Below, piece by piece: positions 57,908 to 64,000 of a stretch of 64,000 nt of DNA. The stretch's first letter is position 1. Every line of letters starts with the position of its first letter. A model generated the notes under the pieces. It saw only the letters and a list, made by a program, of their open reading frames with translations. It was not told the DNA's origin and made no database searches. The stretch is from Fistulifera solaris (Eukaryota): contig AP026162.1 of assembly GCA_030295235.1 (NCBI GenBank), positions 2,046,001-2,110,000 of the forward strand, in the 5' to 3' direction. The position numbers and the translations under genes were made by a program.

Positions 57908-60900
57908 TTACGGCATGCACTTCCAAAACAACGATGGTAAGCCAGTGCCCACGGGTACTTCCATTCCCATGATGATGCACTCGCTGACACCTACAATGGC
58001 ATCGGTGCGACCGTGCACGGCGGCATCGAACAAATGGTCGGTGGTCTTTTCAAATGAGGCCAACATGAGAACACTCTCTCGCATTTTCGAGACACCAAAT
58101 CGAGTGATCCCCAAAACCTCTCCTTTAAAGGTCATGACATCCGATAATAGTAACAAATGACGTGTGTCAATTCCGATACCGTAGGCACTCATGATATTCC
58201 AGATTTCGGCCGAGATTTGAGTGCGGGCTGCCTCGACACCCAATACTGTTTCCACCTCCAGAATATGATTCGTTGATGTGTTTAGACCATCAATACCCGG
58301 ACAACCAATCACTTCCGCCAGTCCATAGCCCTCCATAAGCAGATTGTAGCGAACTATTCCGTTCTTTTCACTTTCGTTGATCACTGCTCGATTCACGGAT
58401 GGGATGCCTTGTACAATGACTTCCGGCAACACGGTTTTGAGCATTTGCATCGTAAAGTACTCGGACGTTGCTTTCTTCTCGGATCGCGATGTTCGGCCTG
58501 TATTGCTCGGAACCATAACGCGTAGTTTCGCATTCGACCCTTTCTTCACCAACACGTGTTCTTCCTTGAGCTGACGCAGAGTGGCGTTGCGTGTGGTGCC
58601 CCGTGTGCCCTTCAAGATGGAATTTCGGACAGAAAACACATCGATATTTAACTTGAGCTGCTCGATTGCATCCATATCGAGTTCGATGCTAATGTAGTTC
58701 CCTTTTGGCGAATACACTTCTTTCATGCGCTTGGATACTTCGCCCAGAGTCGTCTTCTCGATACCAGCTTTGACGATGCGCGCAGCTACTTTGTTGTCCT
58801 CCCGTTCGAGTTTGGCCGTAATGATGGGGGTTGAAATAAGTTTGGCCGCATTGATAATCTCCTTCAGTCTCGGAACTCCCAGTGTCACATTCATGGAGCT
58901 GATTCCACTGAAATGAAATGTCTTTACACAAAAAGAAATGACGAGTGAGCACACGAAATCATCTTAAAGAACGCAAGGCGCAATGGCATATCGAGGAACT
59001 TACCTTCAAAGTCATTTGGGTGCCTGGTTCACTAATACTTTGGGCTCCAATCGCCCCGATTGCTTCGCCTGGTTCCACGTATGCCACTACACACTTTTCG
59101 AGGGCGCTGTGCAATAGAAGGTCTAGCTGTGTTTTCGTTACTCGGGAACTGTGCCACGTGCGAGAATTTAGATCCTCGTCTGAACCCGTTTCTTCGATGA
59201 GCTGTTTCTGCTTCGACGCCAGCTTGGCAAAATAGTCCCTGATTTCTTGCAAGAATACTTTGCCAGTTGGCAGCAGATCCTGAAAACGCTTCTCAAGTAA
59301 TATGTCTTCCACTCGTTTTATCAAATCATCAGCACGAAGCGCCTTTTCATCGAAACACGGGTAGGTCTCACGGATCCTCATTCTCAGTCTCTCAAAATCT
59401 ACGGGTCTGTCATTGTTTTCCATCTTATCTGGGTGCAAACCGTCATCGCCGTATGTGAACTGCACAACAGTGTTCTCACTATTTCGAACTGAAGAATCGT
59501 ACTGCAATGACAGATCTTCCAATGCCTGTTCAGGGAGTTGAAAAAGGCGTGAGTAACCAACAATAATGAAGCTCTTAATCTCTCGGCCTTACAACTTACC
59601 TTCATCAACCGCCTTGCCATGTAACCGGTTTCAGCGGTCTTGACAGCCGTATCGACCAAACCTGCAATTCGTAGAGTTGATCAGTACCGACTGAGCGCAA
59701 TGCCGTACAACGCATTATGCAACTTACCTTCTCTACCTCCTTGCGCGTGAAAGAAAAAATTCAGTAGGATGCAAGCCGGAGTAGAAGGAATTGGCAACGA
59801 AACCTTTGGCTGCCGGTGTTAGACTGTGGTACTCAAAATGCGGGAGTGTCCGGTTTACAAAGCCGTTTTGGATACGCATTCCACCTACAGCTTGCTGACC
59901 AACGCACGCAATCATTTGCGATATATTCAAAGGACTTCCCTTACTACCGCAATCAGCCATAATACGTGGGGTGTTAGACCATGGTAACGCTTTCATTGCT
60001 TCCTGTCCAGCTGATTCACGCAGGCGACCAAGAATTCCGTTCAGAATCTCTTCCAACGACTGCAAAAGGTCACACCCTGGACGAAGTTCTAGCTCTCCAC
60101 TTTCATATTGTCGAATACTGCTTTCAGCCTTTCAGAGATGTACAATCAGCCTTAGTTTCGTGTCGCAACATTTGCGCAGGAAAGTTATGTTAGTCTTACC
60201 TTTTGATAACCAGCTAGCAAGATATCATGTTTGATTTGCTGCAGTTTGTCGGAAGGGGTTACATCTGAAATGCCTATCGAAAGTCCACAATGTCCACCCA
60301 TGAATCGAGAACAAAAGTGAGACCAGCGATCCATGCACTTTGCGGCCGCATCAACGCCGAAATCTCGCAATAGGATGAAGAGGAGACCTGTCTTGCTGCC
60401 GTCTCCAAGCGTTTTCTTAGCAACATTCCCGCTGATGAGCTCTCCATCACGAAACGAGACCCAGCCATCGTTCTTGCAAAAATGCTCATTTGAGGCATAG
60501 TTCTTTTCCCTTGTTTCAAGATTAACTCGGACTTTGCTTGCACTGTTTGGGCTTAACATCGCTGTAAATACTTGCTTTCCGGTCCAAAGCGCAATGGGCT
60601 TCAAAATGGTAGGAGGGGGTAATTCGATCTCTTCTTCTGCATTGCTATAGTAAGAAATAAGTTGACAAAACCTTTCTTTGTCATAGAAGCGATTCTTCTG
60701 CGTTAGAATGTAGGCTGCGGAAAGAAAGTCCTGGCTCGCGGCAACAAGAGGTTCACCATTTCGGGGTGTGATTAAGTTATTCTTGACGCCCATGAGCAAA
60801 GAAGCTTCCGTTCTCGCCTCTTCCGTTTGCGGAAGATGCATATTCATTTCATCACCATCGAAATCGGCGTTGTACGGAGCGCAAGCGCATGTATTGAAGC

Positions 60901-62387
60901 GGAAAGTCTTCCAATCCAGCACTTTCACCCGATGAGCCATAATGGAGACTTTGTGAAGGGACGGCTGACGATTGAAAAGAACAATATCATCGTCTTCCAT
61001 GTGTCTTTCGACGATATCTCCAATTTTGAGGTTTTTGGCCGCAGCCTCGCGATCACAGAAGGCCAGTGACTTAACAAAATTCCCATCTTTCAAACGAATC
61101 ATATTCGCCCCAGGATGCACTTCTGGTCCATTTCGAACACGCCCCCGCAACTTTTGAATATTGTACCGAGACACTCGCTCAGGATACGTCATGGTGATCG
61201 CCACTCGCTTGGGTACACCGACCTGATCCACCCGCAAGTTGGGGTCCGGCGAAATAACCGTACGCGCCGAAAAATCCACACGCTTCCCCGACAAGTTCCC
61301 ACGAAATCGTCCTTGCTTTCCCTTGAGTCGCTGACACAGACCGCGCATTGGCTTGGCTCCCATAGGACGCTGCATTCCGGGCATTTCTCCATTAATGTAT
61401 TGGGCCACTTGCGCTTGCAAAAGTCCCATTCTTCCATGATGGTCCGAGTTTGCGGGCCCTTTTGCAGCGCCAACTCCAAGGCCACATTGACATCAATAAT
61501 TTCTTGTAACTTGACCGTCAAATCATCTTCATTACTGCCTCCTCCAACATCCATCGCGACCGATGGTCGAATCGGTACCGGCGGAACCAGCAAGTGTTTC
61601 AGAATCAAGTTTTCGGGACGCCCAATCATCGGATCCATCCAGAGAACTTCACAATCCCGATCGGTGATTCGGGAAAAGAGTTCCACCACTTTCGTCGGTA
61701 ACAAATCTTCATGCGTCATGCCTTTGACCGCCGACTCAATATCGGGATTGTGTTCCATCGTATGCTCAAAATTCGCCAGCAAATCCGCATACTCATCTTC
61801 ATCCTTCCATCGTTCGTGCACAATCCGCAAGGTCGGTCCACCCGTCACCTTCTTGACCGTCCCATTGTATGTTCCACAGGACGGACACGTTCTCACTTTT
61901 TACAATTATCGACGAGTCGTTTGAAGAGTCCCGCTTTGCCCAAGGCGTCGGTTTTGGGATTCCGCATGCGCTGCAAATGAATGTCTCGTTCGGTATCGGC
62001 CAACAGGACCCGCGCACACGATTTGCAGACACACTGCAACAAATGCAGCGTATGCCGGAAGAAACCAATATGAAAGACCGGCAAGGCCAACTTGATGTAC
62101 CCAAAATGTCCCGCACAATCGACCAATTTCTTTTTGCACGTCGCACAGGACGACAATTTGTCCGAAACACCCAACCGGGGATCGAGACATCCCCCGGGGG
62201 CCGGGGTCCGACTCGGCATACGAAATAGGTCGCGACTGGAGACTTGAAATTCCGCGAGTCGTTGCATTTCGCTCGGTGACAATATACCGAATTGCAAGTG
62301 CGAGATGCGTTTGGGCATGATATCACCTTTGACGAGTCCTTTGCTGCCTTCCGGGTCGTCGTGTTCTTTGACTTTCAATTGCATCAT
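57908..62387 (-). CDS. RPC1: RNA polymerase III largest subunit (RPC1/POLR3A), multi-exon
   Basis: [103 protein letters not shown]; no CTD heptads. Confidence 0.95.
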
Positions 62388-62798
62388 CGTGTTAGGTGTT
62401 GCTTTAATAGTAGTGTCTTTTAGCAATGACTTCAATGGGCTTTACTCGGAAATAAATACAGAAGAGCACTTTTTCTTATGATGCACCTCTTTATCTTTTG
62501 TAACTTAGCGGCCGGAAGGATATTTTTTTGTGTGGTGATTGGTGAGATGCGGTTTCGGCCGGGGCAAAACGTGATACGACACTCTTTAAGTATACCCAAA
62601 GGAGTATCCGGTACGCATTATACAGGTGAAATTGTTCATGTGGTACCCATCCGTATAGAACAAAATGTCTTGCTCGTTGCACCTCGTTGCGTCGCGTTGA
62701 TTGCGATCATATAAAACGCGTCCTCGTCGTAATAACATTACCATAATAACCTTTCACTATCATCCCATTCCCCCCATTCATTCATTTATTATTACACA

Positions 62799-63362
62799 AT
62801 GTCATCTTGGGAACGCTCTCGCTACATTCCGTGGGATCGAATCCCCAAAGGCAACAATATTGACGTGGATTCGGCCAAAGAACGCGTCTTTCGTGAGTTA
62901 CAACGCGACAACATTGAAGAAGAATTACTGACACAAGACACGTCCGCATCCATCAGTTCGCCCAAAATTACGTACTCGAATATGCAATTACTCCGCCAAG
63001 TCGCGTTTGGATTGTCGATTGGTGGTATTACAGGCGTCGTATTTGGTTTCATGGACAGTATGCGACAAGTGGGAGAATCGTCGGTCTTGTCAAATGCCTC
63101 CAATTCCGCGAAAGCCAAGTACTTGTTTCAAGGGACAACCCGGTCCTCGTTATTGTTTGGTGGATTCTTTGGAGGATTTCAGGCACTCAAATACGGTATT
63201 CGAGTGGCGGCGAATCCGGGAGAAGTGTCTGAAATTGTGGGGGCGGGGGCGGTTTCCATGGGGGCCCTCTTTTCCCAGCCGGCGTATCGAGCGTCGGTGC
63301 CGTATTGTGGGATGCTGATCCTGATGGATGCGGTGCAATTATTTATGCGAAAAACGTCGTAA
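62799..63362 (+). CDS. Tim17/Tim22/Romo1-like small Gly-rich membrane protein
   Basis: GLSIGGITGVVFGF; FGGFFGGFQALKYGIR; GAGAVSMGALF. Confidence 0.6.
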   Translation: MSSWERSRYIPWDRIPKGNNIDVDSAKERVFRELQRDNIEEELLTQDTSASISSPKITYSNMQLLRQVAFGLSIGGITGVVFGFMDSMRQVGESSVLSNASNSAKAKYLFQGTTRSSLLFGGFFGGFQALKYGIRVAANPGEVSEIVGAGAVSMGALFSQPAYRASVPYCGMLILMDAVQLFMRKTS

Positions 63363-63397
63363 TAGAAGCAAAGTCTATGTTTAGAAGCCTGCAAATT

Positions 63398-64000
63398 TTA
63401 AGCATGATCCTGATTCTCATCGTCACCATCATCTTCGCTAGCCGAATGCATGTCATGATCCTCGTCTTCTTCTTCTTCATCATCATCACTTTCGTTCGTT
63501 GTGTCATCACTCATATCGTCCTCCTGAAGCATTTGTTGTACTTCTATTTCGGCTCGTAAGGGCTGCATATTCAAGCGCACCACACGTCGTCGAGGATCGG
63601 CCGGCAAAAATTCCATCCCCACTCCGACTAATAAATCGCGAAAATCGTCCAGAAAACCAGCACCATCTTCCGCCGCGGACGGTGGTGCCGGTGGAACACG
63701 GGTTTCCTGTGTCGATGCTTGTTCTTCGGCTTCGCATTGAATAATCTCTTCGACAGCCGCTAACGAATCTTCCGTCACTTCAATGCGATACATTTGAAAA
63801 AAAGCTACCAAAGGATTGTTCTCCAATCCACTGACAACCAGACTATCTTCTACCTCTTCCTGCTGGCGAGACTTTCGTTTCTGTCGCTTAGCACGCCACG
63901 CCAATTCCAAACGGATCGTCATGGACACGCGCAACAACAATTGCGGATAAAATGAGGAATGCGTCCGGGGCAATTCGGCTTCTGGATGTGCCGCAATCGC
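63398..64000 (-). CDS. 3' end of a hypothetical protein with an acidic tail (start lies beyond the window)
   Basis: Frame is open to the window edge; D/E-rich C-terminus. Confidence 0.6.
   Translation of the reverse strand, partial: AIAAHPEAELPRTHSSFYPQLLLRVSMTIRLELAWRAKRQKRKSRQQEEVEDSLVVSGLENNPLVAFFQMYRIEVTEDSLAAVEEIIQCEAEEQASTQETRVPPAPPSAAEDGAGFLDDFRDLLVGVGMEFLPADPRRRVVRLNMQPLRAEIEVQQMLQEDDMSDDTTNESDDDEEEEDEDHDMHSASEDDGDDENQDHA

Overview
Gene-dense eukaryotic nuclear DNA, most likely from a diatom. This is inferred from short GT-AG introns, bipartite signal+ASAF-type plastid presequences, RRL/RGG presequence motifs and a nuclear-encoded plastid IF-1. The window holds about 30 protein genes: NudC, CIA30, AAGAB/p34, infA, an AP2-like factor, an MFS transporter, a thioredoxin reductase-glutaredoxin fusion, NAD synthetase, Top6B-like, AKR, BCS1-like AAA, Sar1, GCN2, ATP6AP2-like, dynamin, HSP90, PLC-X, Ndc80, MAM33, IMPase, PHO88, PNPOx-like, RPC1 and others. 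There are also two tRNAs (Gly-TCC, Leu-CAG). Many genes, including essential ones, carry single-base frameshifts, most simply read as consensus errors. The most unusual items are: (i) two related, regularly spaced palindromic arrays in divergent promoters (34-bp period; 51/52-bp period with a 206-bp higher-order unit); (ii) a dispersed ~55-bp palindrome+box motif whose copies face inward around an orphan ORF cluster at 17.4-20.6 kb; (iii) a TA-flanked MITE between two hairpins at 56.4-56.9 kb; (iv) a membrane-anchored NTR-glutaredoxin fusion. All family calls come from motif recognition by eye; no searches were run.
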